Of a stretch of 64,000 nucleotides of DNA, positions 30,004 through 39,483 are shown piece by piece. Made by a program: the position numbers and the translations under genes. The DNA comes from Clostridiales bacterium (GTDB taxonomy: Bacteria > Bacillota > Clostridia > Monoglobales > JAIRYP01), in assembly GCA_031267755.1 (NCBI GenBank), contig JAIRYP010000011.1, positions 761-64,760 of the forward strand. Direction: 5' to 3'. Every line of letters starts with the position of its first letter. Position 1 is the stretch's first letter. The notes below the pieces were generated by a model. It was not told where the DNA came from. It worked only from the letters and a program-made list of their open reading frames with translations, and did not search any database.

Positions 30004-31005
30004 GTGGCAAACACAATTAAGATTAGTAAAAAAATCAAGATTAATTTACATATTTTGTTAGTAATAATTTCGGTGTTGATAATGTTTCTAGTAACTGGCT
30101 GTGAGAATAAAAAAAGAAAGATATTAAATATTGGTATTTTACAATTTATGGAACACAATTGTCTTGATGAATCGCGTCAAGGTTTTATTAAAGGTCTGGA
30201 AGAAAACGGTTATAAGGATGGAGAAAACATTAAAATCGATTACCAAAACGCGAGCGGAGAACAATCTAATTGTAATCAAATTGGATCTAAATTTAAAAAT
30301 GAAAATAAAGATTTGATTCTTGCAATAGGAACACCTGCTGCACAGAGTTTGGCAAATATGATAAAAGACACACCAATTTTAATTACTGCTGTGACGAATC
30401 CCGCTGAAAGCGGACTCGTAAATTCAAATGAAAAACCAGGAAAAAATGTTACGGGAACTTCAGATTTAAATCCGCCTGAAAAACAAATAAAATTGATTAA
30501 AAAAATTTTACCAAACGCTAAAAATGTTGCAGTTTTTTACAGTTCAGGTGAAGTAAATTCTAAAATTCAAGCAGAATTAGCAGTAAAAGAATGTGAAAAA
30601 ATAGATTTAAAACCAATAATTTACACTGTTTCAAATCCCACTGAAATCGAATCAATAATTAATTCAATGAATAAAAACAAAATTGATGTAATTTTTGTTC
30701 CCACTGATAATCTTATTGTTTCAGCAATGCCGCATGTAAGCCAAACTGCAACGAGATTAAAAATTCCCATAATTTGCAGCGAGGAAAATAGTGTTAAAAA
30801 CGGTGCACTCGGAACTTATAGCATATCATATTTTGAACTTGGACGAATTACTGCTCTTCAGGCAATTAAAATTTTAAAAAAAGAAACGCTACCAGAAAAT
30901 ATGGCAATTGAATATCTAAAAGATTCGAAACTTATAATAAATTTTGAAACTTTAGAAAAATTAAAAATAGAAATCTCAGACAATTTAAAAGAAGAATTAA
31001 AATGA
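30004..31005 (+). CDS. ABC transporter substrate-binding lipoprotein (PF04392 / ABC_sub_bind type)
   Basis: 333 aa. GTG start 5 nt after AAGAGGAGAG. Lipobox LVTGC. Sequence resembles the family annotated as a putative Trp/Tyr or uncharacterised ABC SBP. Confidence 0.8.
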   Translation: MANTIKISKKIKINLHILLVIISVLIMFLVTGCENKKRKILNIGILQFMEHNCLDESRQGFIKGLEENGYKDGENIKIDYQNASGEQSNCNQIGSKFKNENKDLILAIGTPAAQSLANMIKDTPILITAVTNPAESGLVNSNEKPGKNVTGTSDLNPPEKQIKLIKKILPNAKNVAVFYSSGEVNSKIQAELAVKECEKIDLKPIIYTVSNPTEIESIINSMNKNKIDVIFVPTDNLIVSAMPHVSQTATRLKIPIICSEENSVKNGALGTYSISYFELGRITALQAIKILKKETLPENMAIEYLKDSKLIINFETLEKLKIEISDNLKEELK

Positions 31006-31871
31006 ATATATTAAACATTTTGCTCTCTACAACTTTTCAAGGTTTTATTTACTCAGTTGTTTCGTTAGGTGTTTATATAACTTTTCGCATTTTAAATTTT
31101 GCCGATATGACTGTCGAAGGCAGTCTAACGCTTGGTGGAAGTGTATGTGCTGTGATGATTTTAAATGGAATAAATCCAATTTTAAGTACAATCATCGCGG
31201 GGTTAGTAGGTTCATTAGCAGGCTCTATCACAGGTTTTTTAAACACAAAATTAAAAATTCAAGCGATACTTTCTGGAATTTTGACAATGATTTCATTGTA
31301 CTCGGTTAATATTAGAATTATGGGCAAAGCAAACATTTCACTTTTGGGTAAAACTACTATTTTTAAAGAGTTAAATCAAAATTTTATAATTGGATTATTA
31401 ATTTGCGTATTTTTAATATTAATTTTGTATTTATTTTTCAAGACGCGTTTAGGCTTGGCAATTTGCATGACAGGTGATAATGAACAAATGATGAAATCAC
31501 AAGGCGCAAATACTGATTTAAAAAAAATTTTTGCGCTTAGTATTTCAAATTTCTTTTGTGGAATTTCTGGGGCTTTAATTGCTCAAAGTCAAGGCTATGC
31601 AGATGTTAATATGGGAATCGGAACACTTGTTATAGCTCTTTCTTCAATAGTAATAGGTGAAACAATTTTTAGAAAAAAATCGATTCTTATAGATCTCATT
31701 GCAGTTGTTTTAGGTTCTATTATATACAGGTTTATAATTTATTTTGTATTAAATTTAGGAATGAAACCAAGCGATTTAAAACTTTTAACAGCAATAATTG
31801 CAACTTTTTTGCTTGCTTTGCCGAATATAGGAAAAGACATTTTAAAAGGATTTAAAAATGTTAAAAATTGA
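31002..31871 (+). CDS. ABC transporter permease (partner of the PF04392 SBP)
   Basis: 289 aa multi-TM protein. Start overlaps the SBP stop (ATGA). Confidence 0.85.
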   Translation: MNILNILLSTTFQGFIYSVVSLGVYITFRILNFADMTVEGSLTLGGSVCAVMILNGINPILSTIIAGLVGSLAGSITGFLNTKLKIQAILSGILTMISLYSVNIRIMGKANISLLGKTTIFKELNQNFIIGLLICVFLILILYLFFKTRLGLAICMTGDNEQMMKSQGANTDLKKIFALSISNFFCGISGALIAQSQGYADVNMGIGTLVIALSSIVIGETIFRKKSILIDLIAVVLGSIIYRFIIYFVLNLGMKPSDLKLLTAIIATFLLALPNIGKDILKGFKNVKN

Positions 31872-32514
31872 AAATCTACATAAAAATTTTAATGAAAAAG
31901 TTGTTTTTGAAAATTTTAACCTTAATATATGTAAAGGCGAATTTGTTACAATTCTTGGTGGAAACGGTGCAGGTAAATCAACTTTATTTAATTTGATTTC
32001 AGGAACTATTTTTCCAGATTCAGGAAATATTTTTATGTATGAAAAAAACGTAACGTTTTTGCCTGAACATAAACGAGCAAAATATGTTGGAAGGGTTTTT
32101 CAAGATCCATTAAGAGGAACGTCTCCAAATTTTACAATTGAAGAAAATCTCGTTATTGCAACATTAAAAAATTCGAAAAGAAATTTAAAATTTGCCTCAA
32201 ATAAACAAAACCGAGAACATTTTAAGGAAAAACTTTCTCAGCTCGAAATGAACTTGGAAAATAGACTCAATGACAAAGTAGGGCTTCTTTCTGGTGGCCA
32301 ACGTCAAGCTCTAACATTGCTTATGGCAACAATATGTGAACCAAGAATTCTACTTCTTGATGAACACACCGCTGCTCTTGATACAAAATCTCAAGAAAAA
32401 ATTCTTATTTTAACTGAAAAAATAAAAGAAAATCCAGAAATTACAACACTTATGATTACGCATAATAAGGAAATAGAAAAAAGATTTGGAGAAAATTTTA
32501 TTATAATTCAATAA
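31858..32514 (+). CDS. ABC transporter ATP-binding protein
   Basis: 218 aa. Walker A GGNGAGKST, signature LSGGQRQ, Walker B LLLDE. Overlaps the permease gene by 14 nt. Confidence 0.9.
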   Translation: MLKIENLHKNFNEKVVFENFNLNICKGEFVTILGGNGAGKSTLFNLISGTIFPDSGNIFMYEKNVTFLPEHKRAKYVGRVFQDPLRGTSPNFTIEENLVIATLKNSKRNLKFASNKQNREHFKEKLSQLEMNLENRLNDKVGLLSGGQRQALTLLMATICEPRILLLDEHTAALDTKSQEKILILTEKIKENPEITTLMITHNKEIEKRFGENFIIIQ

Positions 32515-32598
32515 TTTTTATATATTTCATGCAGGAATTTAAATCGGTTTATAAAATAAAAAATTAAAGATTTAAAATATATTTTATCAATAAATAAA

Positions 32599-35277
32599 AT
32601 GTTTGGGGAATGCTTTATGATAAATGTAAATCATGAAATGTCAAAAACATATAAACCATCTGAATTCGAAAAAGAAATATATTCAAAGTGGTTGAAAGAA
32701 GAACACTTTAAAGCGGTTGTAGATAAAGACAAAATACCATTCACAATCGTAATTCCTCCGCCAAATGTAACAGGAAAATTACATATGGGACATGCTTTAA
32801 ATGAAACAATACAAGATATTTTAATTAGATTCAAAAGAATGCAGGGCTATTCTACGCTTTGGGTTGTCGGAACAGATCATGCAGGAATAGCAACACAAAT
32901 AAAAGTTGAAGAAAATTTAAAAAAAACAAAAAATATTTTAAAGCACGATTTGAAAAGAGAGGTTTTTTTAAATCACGTTTGGAATTGGAAAGAAAGATAC
33001 GAAGAAAATATTAAAGACCAAATTAAAAAACTTGGCTGTTCTTGCGATTGGTCACGAGAATGTTTTACATTGGACCAAAAATTTTCGATTGCGGTAAATG
33101 AAGTTTTTGTAAATTTATATAACAAAGATTATATTTACAAAGACAAAAAAATTATAAATTGGTGTACAAGGTGCGAAACTGCACTTTCGGATACTGAAGT
33201 TGAATATGCACAGTATGAAGGAAATTTATGGTATATAAAATATCAAATTTTAAATAGCGAGGAATTTATAATTGTTGCAACAACTAGACCCGAAACAATT
33301 CCAGGAGATACTGCAATTGCTGTAAATCCGCGCGATAATCGTTACAAAAAATTGATTGGAAAAAACGTAAAAATTCCAATTTTTGAACGTTTAGTGCCAA
33401 TAATAGCAGATGAAAGTGTTAAAGAAGATTTTGGAACTGGATGTCTCAAAATAACTCCAGCACACAGCCAGATTGACTTTGAAATCGGCGTAAGACATAA
33501 ACTTGCTCAAATAAGTGTGATAAGTGAAAAAGGCATATTAAAAAATCTCAACGAACCTTACAATGGTCTTGAAATAAAAATTGCAAGAAAAAAAATTGTT
33601 CAAGATTTACAAAAACACAATCTCCTTTTAAAAACCGAAAAACACACGCATAATATTGGCATCTGTCATAGATGTGGTACAGTAATTGAACCTTTGTTAT
33701 CTAAACAGTGGTTTGTGTCGATGAAAACTTTAGCAAAAAACGCAATAAAAATGATAAAAAACAATGAAATTTGTTTTATGCCTAAACGATTTGAAAAAAT
33801 TTATTTCAACTGGATGGAAAACGTACAAGATTGGTGCATATCGAGACAGCTGTGGTGGGGTCATAGGATACCTGCGTTTTATTGTAAAAAATGCAACAAA
33901 ACGAAAGTATCAAAAGATGTTTTGATTAAATGCTCCGAATGTGATGGAAAATTAATTCAAGAAAACGATGTTTTAGACACATGGTTTAGTTCTGCAATAT
34001 GGCCTTTCGCAACTCTTGGATGGCCCATTGAAACCGAAGATTTCAAATATTTTTATCCTACCGATGTGTTGGTAACTGGTTATGATATAATATTTTTCTG
34101 GGTTGCAAGAATGATTTTTTCAGCAATTGAACACACCAACTCAAAACCTTTTAAAAAAGTTTTTTTCCATGGTCTTGTAAGAGATGAACAAGGTAGAAAA
34201 ATGAGCAAATCCCTTGGAAATGGCATAGATCCTATTGATATTATTGAAAAATATGGCGCAGATAGTTTACGATTTACTCTTATAACGGGAAACTCTCCCG
34301 GAAAAGATACACGTTTTTCAAATGAAAAAATTATTTCTAGCAGGAATTTTGCAAACAAAATTTGGAATGCGGCACGTTTTATAAATTTAAATTCAACAAC
34401 AGAAACTTTTATATTTCCGCAACTCAACGATTTACAACTCGAAGATAAGTGGATATTACACGAATTAAACGAACTTATAAAAGAAGTTACAGAAAATTTA
34501 GAAAAATTTGAAATTGGAATAGCTGCACAAAAAATTTATAATTTTATATGGGATAATTTTTGTGATTGGTATATAGAATCAGTAAAACCAAGACTTTTTA
34601 AAGAAAAAAATATTGAAAAAGATTTTCTAGTTGTTAGAAATATTCTAAAATATGTTTTAAATGTTTCTTTAAAGCTTCTTCACCCGTTCATGCCATTCAT
34701 TACTGAAAAAATTTGGAATCTAATTTTTCCTGATAAACCTTGTATTATAATTTCCGATTGGCCAAAATTTGATAAATACCTTGTAAATGAAAAATCAAAA
34801 TCAGATATTGAAATTTTAATAAAAGCTGTAAAAAATATAAGAAATACAAGAAAGAAAAACAACATTTCGTATTCAAAAAAAATAAATATTAAAATATTTA
34901 CAAATTTTTCTGAACTTTTTGGCTATGAATTTTTTAAAAACATGTCAAATATAAATGAGATTGTTATAAAAAATCGAAACGATGAAAAAGAAAAAAATTG
35001 TATTTTAATCGTTATGAATGAGGCCGAAATATTAATATCAACACAAGAGTTAATAAACAAAGAAGAAAAAATAAGAAATTTAGAGAAAGAAAAAGAAAAA
35101 ATTTTAAAAGAGTTAGAATGTATAAAAAGTAAACTTGAAAATTATAATTTTATAAATAAAGCACCAAAAAAAATTATCGAAATTGAAAAAACAAAAGAAG
35201 AGAATTATAAAAACACGCTTAATAAAATATTAAAAAATATAGACAAGCTTACATGTTTCGACGACACAAAAATTTAA
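32599..35277 (+). CDS. valS: Valine--tRNA ligase
   Basis: 892 aa. PPPNVTGKLHMGH (HIGH) and KMSKS motifs, with a C-terminal coiled coil. The true start may be ATG 32617 or 32638. Confidence 0.95.
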   Translation: MFGECFMINVNHEMSKTYKPSEFEKEIYSKWLKEEHFKAVVDKDKIPFTIVIPPPNVTGKLHMGHALNETIQDILIRFKRMQGYSTLWVVGTDHAGIATQIKVEENLKKTKNILKHDLKREVFLNHVWNWKERYEENIKDQIKKLGCSCDWSRECFTLDQKFSIAVNEVFVNLYNKDYIYKDKKIINWCTRCETALSDTEVEYAQYEGNLWYIKYQILNSEEFIIVATTRPETIPGDTAIAVNPRDNRYKKLIGKNVKIPIFERLVPIIADESVKEDFGTGCLKITPAHSQIDFEIGVRHKLAQISVISEKGILKNLNEPYNGLEIKIARKKIVQDLQKHNLLLKTEKHTHNIGICHRCGTVIEPLLSKQWFVSMKTLAKNAIKMIKNNEICFMPKRFEKIYFNWMENVQDWCISRQLWWGHRIPAFYCKKCNKTKVSKDVLIKCSECDGKLIQENDVLDTWFSSAIWPFATLGWPIETEDFKYFYPTDVLVTGYDIIFFWVARMIFSAIEHTNSKPFKKVFFHGLVRDEQGRKMSKSLGNGIDPIDIIEKYGADSLRFTLITGNSPGKDTRFSNEKIISSRNFANKIWNAARFINLNSTTETFIFPQLNDLQLEDKWILHELNELIKEVTENLEKFEIGIAAQKIYNFIWDNFCDWYIESVKPRLFKEKNIEKDFLVVRNILKYVLNVSLKLLHPFMPFITEKIWNLIFPDKPCIIISDWPKFDKYLVNEKSKSDIEILIKAVKNIRNTRKKNNISYSKKINIKIFTNFSELFGYEFFKNMSNINEIVIKNRNDEKEKNCILIVMNEAEILISTQELINKEEKIRNLEKEKEKILKELECIKSKLENYNFINKAPKKIIEIEKTKEENYKNTLNKILKNIDKLTCFDDTKI

Positions 35278-35300
35278 AAAATATTAACGTTTATTAAAAA

Positions 35301-35843
35301 TTAAAATTTTTTTGTTAATTTTATCAAATAACCAATAACTGGAAATAGAGTCGTTAAAAAAAATACAATATAAAAAAATTCTTCTACAAAAATCGTTAAT
35401 CTGTTTTTTAACATTATAAAAAAAGTTGCAAAATAGAATACTATGGTTCCAATTTTTCCATACCAATTTGATTTAACAGAAATGTTTTTTGCATAAAGGC
35501 TCGCTCCTATACTTAACATTATTATTTCTTTAGTAATCATAATAAAAGTAAGCCAAATGGGCAATTTGTTTTTCAGACAAAGACAAATTATTATGGAAAT
35601 TTGCATAATTTTATCCACAAGCGGATCATAACCCTCACCAAATTTCGTTGAAACTTTAAATGTTTTGGCAACATATCCATCAAGCATATCCGTAAAGGCC
35701 GATAAAACTAAAATAATAATAGGAATATGTATATCACACTTTAAAGTTGTAAATACAAAAAATGGAGTCAAAATAAGTCTCAGTGTGGTTAAAATATTCG
35801 GTATACTGCACATATTGATTTTATATTTTTTAAAAAATAGCAC
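35301..35843 (-). CDS. pgsA: CDP-alcohol phosphatidyltransferase (PgsA-like)
   Basis: 180 aa. GTG start 5 nt after GGGAAG. Motif DMLDGYVAK...G...DPLVDK. Multi-TM. Confidence 0.8.
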   Translation of the reverse strand: MLFFKKYKINMCSIPNILTTLRLILTPFFVFTTLKCDIHIPIIILVLSAFTDMLDGYVAKTFKVSTKFGEGYDPLVDKIMQISIIICLCLKNKLPIWLTFIMITKEIIMLSIGASLYAKNISVKSNWYGKIGTIVFYFATFFIMLKNRLTIFVEEFFYIVFFLTTLFPVIGYLIKLTKKF

Positions 35844-36098
35844 AACATCTTCCCGTTTTTATAAAATTTAATTAATTTTTATTCTAAACATTCAAACTAA
35901 ATTTTTATTATTGCTTTTAAAAACTTATTTTTTAATATCTACTATATTATATTGCTTTTTTAAGTTTTTGTTTATAAGTTTTAAATTTCGCTAAATTAAA
36001 TTATTTTTATTTTAAAACTTAAGTTTGGTTTCTACAAAACAAAGCATAAATGTTTCAATCTTTAATATTATAAAAAATAAAATATCGCTTTTAAATAG

Positions 36099-37025
36099 GT
36101 GAAAAATAAAAAAATGAAAAAACCAAAAAAGCTTAAAAAGAACGATAAAGTTGCTGTCATTGCCCCATCTAGTCCCATTGACGAAAATAAAATAAAGCAA
36201 GCAGTCTCATTTCTTGAAAAACTTGAATTAAACATAATAATTAAATCGTGCTGTTATAACAAAATTTCATACTTATCAGGTTCGGACTTTTTGAGAGCAA
36301 AAAATATAAATGAAAGTTTTTCAGATAAAAATATAAAAGGAATATTTTGTATAAGGGGAGGGTATGGTGCACAGAGACTTCTCGAACTTTTAGACTACAA
36401 AACAATATTTAAAAATCCAAAAATTTTCAGCGGTTATTCAGACATAACAGCGCTTCATATATTTCTTAACCAAAAATGTAACTTAATCACATATCATTCT
36501 CCAATGATTGGAACAACACTTCTTCGAAACGATTTGGATGAACATACTAAAGATTCTTTTATTGATAGCATATTTGAAAATGAAAAAATAATAAACAAGA
36601 ATAAATTTTATTCTTATGAACTTTATGCATTGGTGAGAGGGAACGCTAAAGGAACACTTATAGGTGGCAACTTAAGTGTTATAACTACTTCAATTGGTAC
36701 ACCTTATGAAATCAACACTAAAAATAAAATTTTATTCATTGAAGAAATAAATGAAGATTTATATAAAATCGATAGAATGCTAACTCAGCTAAAACTTTCA
36801 AAAAAACTTGAATCATGCGCAGGGATTGTATTCGGCCAATTTATAAAATGCAATCAAGAAGATAATAAATATGACATAAAATCTATTTTAAATGATATTG
36901 TCAAACCAATTAATATACCTTCATTATTAAATTTAAACTGTGGACACGGTTTGCCAAACATTACTCTCGAAATGGGATCCAAATATGAAATAAATGGAAA
37001 TAAATTGATTTTAGGTGATGTATGA
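36099..37025 (+). CDS. LD-carboxypeptidase (peptidase S66, LdcA/YkfA-like)
   Basis: 308 aa. Nucleophile context FSGYSDITALH, late CGHG. Start is either GTG 36099 or ATG 36114. Confidence 0.85.
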   Translation: MKNKKMKKPKKLKKNDKVAVIAPSSPIDENKIKQAVSFLEKLELNIIIKSCCYNKISYLSGSDFLRAKNINESFSDKNIKGIFCIRGGYGAQRLLELLDYKTIFKNPKIFSGYSDITALHIFLNQKCNLITYHSPMIGTTLLRNDLDEHTKDSFIDSIFENEKIINKNKFYSYELYALVRGNAKGTLIGGNLSVITTSIGTPYEINTKNKILFIEEINEDLYKIDRMLTQLKLSKKLESCAGIVFGQFIKCNQEDNKYDIKSILNDIVKPINIPSLLNLNCGHGLPNITLEMGSKYEINGNKLILGDV

Positions 37026-37843
37026 TAAAATATTCCATTAAAACAATGTTCGAATCTTTATTTTATGAACCAAATGAAAATTCAGAAGTAATTGATGAAA
37101 TATTAAATGGCTGGGAATTTGAAATATTAGATAACTCAATTAAAAATTTTTATTTGATTAAAACTTTTTATGGATACATAGGTTATTTAAAAAAAGAAGT
37201 GTCAATCAAAATTAATTTAGATTTTGAAAAATATGAAAAAATTATAACATTAAAAAATTTTACAGATTTGAATTATGAGCCAAAAATTAAATCTACAGTT
37301 TTAAAAACACTAATCAAAGGCAGTATTCTATATTATAAGGGCAAAATAAATTCTTATTATTGCCAAGTCATAACCTGCGATGGAAAAATTGGATTTGTTA
37401 GATTAAACAGTATAAAACGTCACTTTATTACATGTTCAAGATTAGATTTAAATTTTTTAGATAAAAAAACTGAATATTCTACTCGAGAAAAAATTTTAAA
37501 TACTGCAAAATCGTACCTGAGCTGTCAATACAGATGGGGTGGAAAAACGCCTTTAGGAATAGATTGTTCAGGTTTGGTTTTTATGTCTTATTTTATAAAT
37601 GGAATAATAATAGAGAGAGATACAATTTCCACATCTGACGAAACTAAAACAAACTATGAAGAATTAAAAACTTCGGACATTATATATTTAAACAATCATG
37701 TTGTTATGTACATTGATAATGAAAAGTATATTCATTCATGTTTTGAAAATAACGGCGTGTTTATGAATTCATTTCTTAAAAATAGTTCTTTGTACAATGA
37801 AAAATTGGAAAATAAAATAATCTGGTGTAGAAAAATATTATGA
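37022..37843 (+). CDS. NlpC/P60 (C40) peptidase with N-terminal SH3-like region (YkfC-like)
   Basis: 273 aa. Catalytic-Cys context YRWGGKTPLGIDCSGLVF. Its ATG overlaps the stop of the upstream gene (ATGA). Confidence 0.8.
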   Translation: MIKYSIKTMFESLFYEPNENSEVIDEILNGWEFEILDNSIKNFYLIKTFYGYIGYLKKEVSIKINLDFEKYEKIITLKNFTDLNYEPKIKSTVLKTLIKGSILYYKGKINSYYCQVITCDGKIGFVRLNSIKRHFITCSRLDLNFLDKKTEYSTREKILNTAKSYLSCQYRWGGKTPLGIDCSGLVFMSYFINGIIIERDTISTSDETKTNYEELKTSDIIYLNNHVVMYIDNEKYIHSCFENNGVFMNSFLKNSSLYNEKLENKIIWCRKIL

Positions 37844-37916
37844 AATTTTATATATTAGTTAAATTCAACATTCCAAAAAAACTTTTACATACAAACTTAT
37901 CATATTAATAATATAC

Positions 37917-38576
37917 TCAAAACTTTTTAAACTTAGTTTTTTCAAGTATTTTAAAAACTTGTATGACTAAAAAAGAGGCTAAAAAATAAATTGCCGCTGA
38001 AAATAAATAAGCTGATGTATTTGAAGTTGTATTAACTATGTTCTTAGTGGTTGATAAAAGTTCTTGTATTCCTAAAGAAAACATAAGAGAAGTATCTTTG
38101 ACTAAACTTACACATTCATTGCAAATTGATGGAAGCGTCACGCCCAAAACTTGAGGCATAAGAATTTTTAAAACAGTTCTTATGGGCGACAAACTTAAAG
38201 ATTTTGCTGCTTCTGTTTGGCCATCATCCACAGCCAAGAACCCACCTCTAAAAATTTCCGCAAAATACGCCGCATAATTAAATACAAAAGATATGAAACA
38301 AGAAAAAAATCTACTTTTAATTATAAAAAATTTTCCAATTATCGGTATATATGAAACACCATAAAATAAAAAAAACAATTGCAAAAGAAGCGGCGTTCCT
38401 CTAATTATATTAATATAGGATTTAATCAAAAATTTTAAAAAAAAATTCTTTGTTAAGTTTAGCATGACGCAAATTATAAAACCAAGTGGAATAGAAAAAA
38501 TAACAACAACAAAAAACAAATTAAACGTCGTACACAATCCTTGAAGCATTTTAAAATACATTTCACTATTTAACAC
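37917..38576 (-). CDS. Amino-acid ABC transporter permease (His/Glu/Gln/Arg/opine family)
   Basis: 219 aa multi-TM protein. Motif FRGGFLAVDDGQTEAAKSLSLS (EAA loop). Confidence 0.85.
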   Translation of the reverse strand: MLNSEMYFKMLQGLCTTFNLFFVVVIFSIPLGFIICVMLNLTKNFFLKFLIKSYINIIRGTPLLLQLFFLFYGVSYIPIIGKFFIIKSRFFSCFISFVFNYAAYFAEIFRGGFLAVDDGQTEAAKSLSLSPIRTVLKILMPQVLGVTLPSICNECVSLVKDTSLMFSLGIQELLSTTKNIVNTTSNTSAYLFSAAIYFLASFLVIQVFKILEKTKFKKF

Positions 38577-38594
38577 ATTAAAATTTTAATCCTC

Positions 38595-39413
38595 CTACGA
38601 TTCCCAAAAAAACAAATTTTGATCAAACCATTTTTTTGATATTTCTTCAGCTTTGCCTGACCAATAAACGCTCGATAAACCTTCTTCAATCTTATTTTTT
38701 AAATTATAATTTTCTTTTTTAACGGCAACTACAAAACAATCTAGATCAATTTCCTCATCTAAAACCTTAAACTTATTTATTATTCCGTCATTTTTTCTAT
38801 TTTTAGAATAATATTTAAACAAAAATTCATCTAAAACAGCACAATCACATCTTTTAGTTTCAACTTCAGCTAGACAATTTAACATGTTTTCAACTTCAAC
38901 AATTTCTTTAACTAAAGATGATATATGATTTTTTTTAACGGACTCTTTTGCAGACGAACCTTTTTGTAAACAAATTTTTTTACCATTTAAATCATTTAAA
39001 TTATTTATCGCAGAATTCTTATTAACAACAGCAATTTGGCGATTTTTCATATACGCCTTAGTAAGCAACATATTTTCTTCACGCTCTCTTGTTTTGGTAA
39101 GCCCATTCCACACACAATCAATTTTCCCACTATTTAATTCAAGATCTTTTGCATCCCAATCTATAGGTTGAAACACGATCTGTTCATTTAAATTTAATGT
39201 TTTAAAAACTTCATTAGCAAGTTCTATATCAAAACCTGCTGCTTTTCCATTTTCATCTAAAAAACCAATCGGAGGATAATTTGCATCAAAACCAATTGTA
39301 ATTTTTAACGTAACATTTTTTTTGTTTTTATTTCCTTTTATAAAACACATAAAAACACACAAACACAAAAATACGACGGATATGAAATAAATTGCAATAT
39401 GTTTAAATTTCAT
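38595..39413 (-). CDS. Amino-acid ABC transporter substrate-binding protein (family 3)
   Basis: 272 aa. Signal/TM N-terminus. GFDANYPPIGFLDENGKAAGFDIELA is typical of polar amino-acid SBPs. Confidence 0.85.
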   Translation of the reverse strand: MKFKHIAIYFISVVFLCLCVFMCFIKGNKNKKNVTLKITIGFDANYPPIGFLDENGKAAGFDIELANEVFKTLNLNEQIVFQPIDWDAKDLELNSGKIDCVWNGLTKTREREENMLLTKAYMKNRQIAVVNKNSAINNLNDLNGKKICLQKGSSAKESVKKNHISSLVKEIVEVENMLNCLAEVETKRCDCAVLDEFLFKYYSKNRKNDGIINKFKVLDEEIDLDCFVVAVKKENYNLKNKIEEGLSSVYWSGKAEEISKKWFDQNLFFWES

Positions 39414-39483
39414 TTTAACTCCTGAAAAATAAAAAAATAATCTTTTGATTTAAAAATCAAATTTTTGCTTTTATATTTTTCAT

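Noticed and set aside
32515-32598. T-box leader upstream of valS
   Set aside because: Only 84 nt separate the ABC ATPase stop from the valS ORF. That is too short for a T-box, and no T-box consensus is visible.
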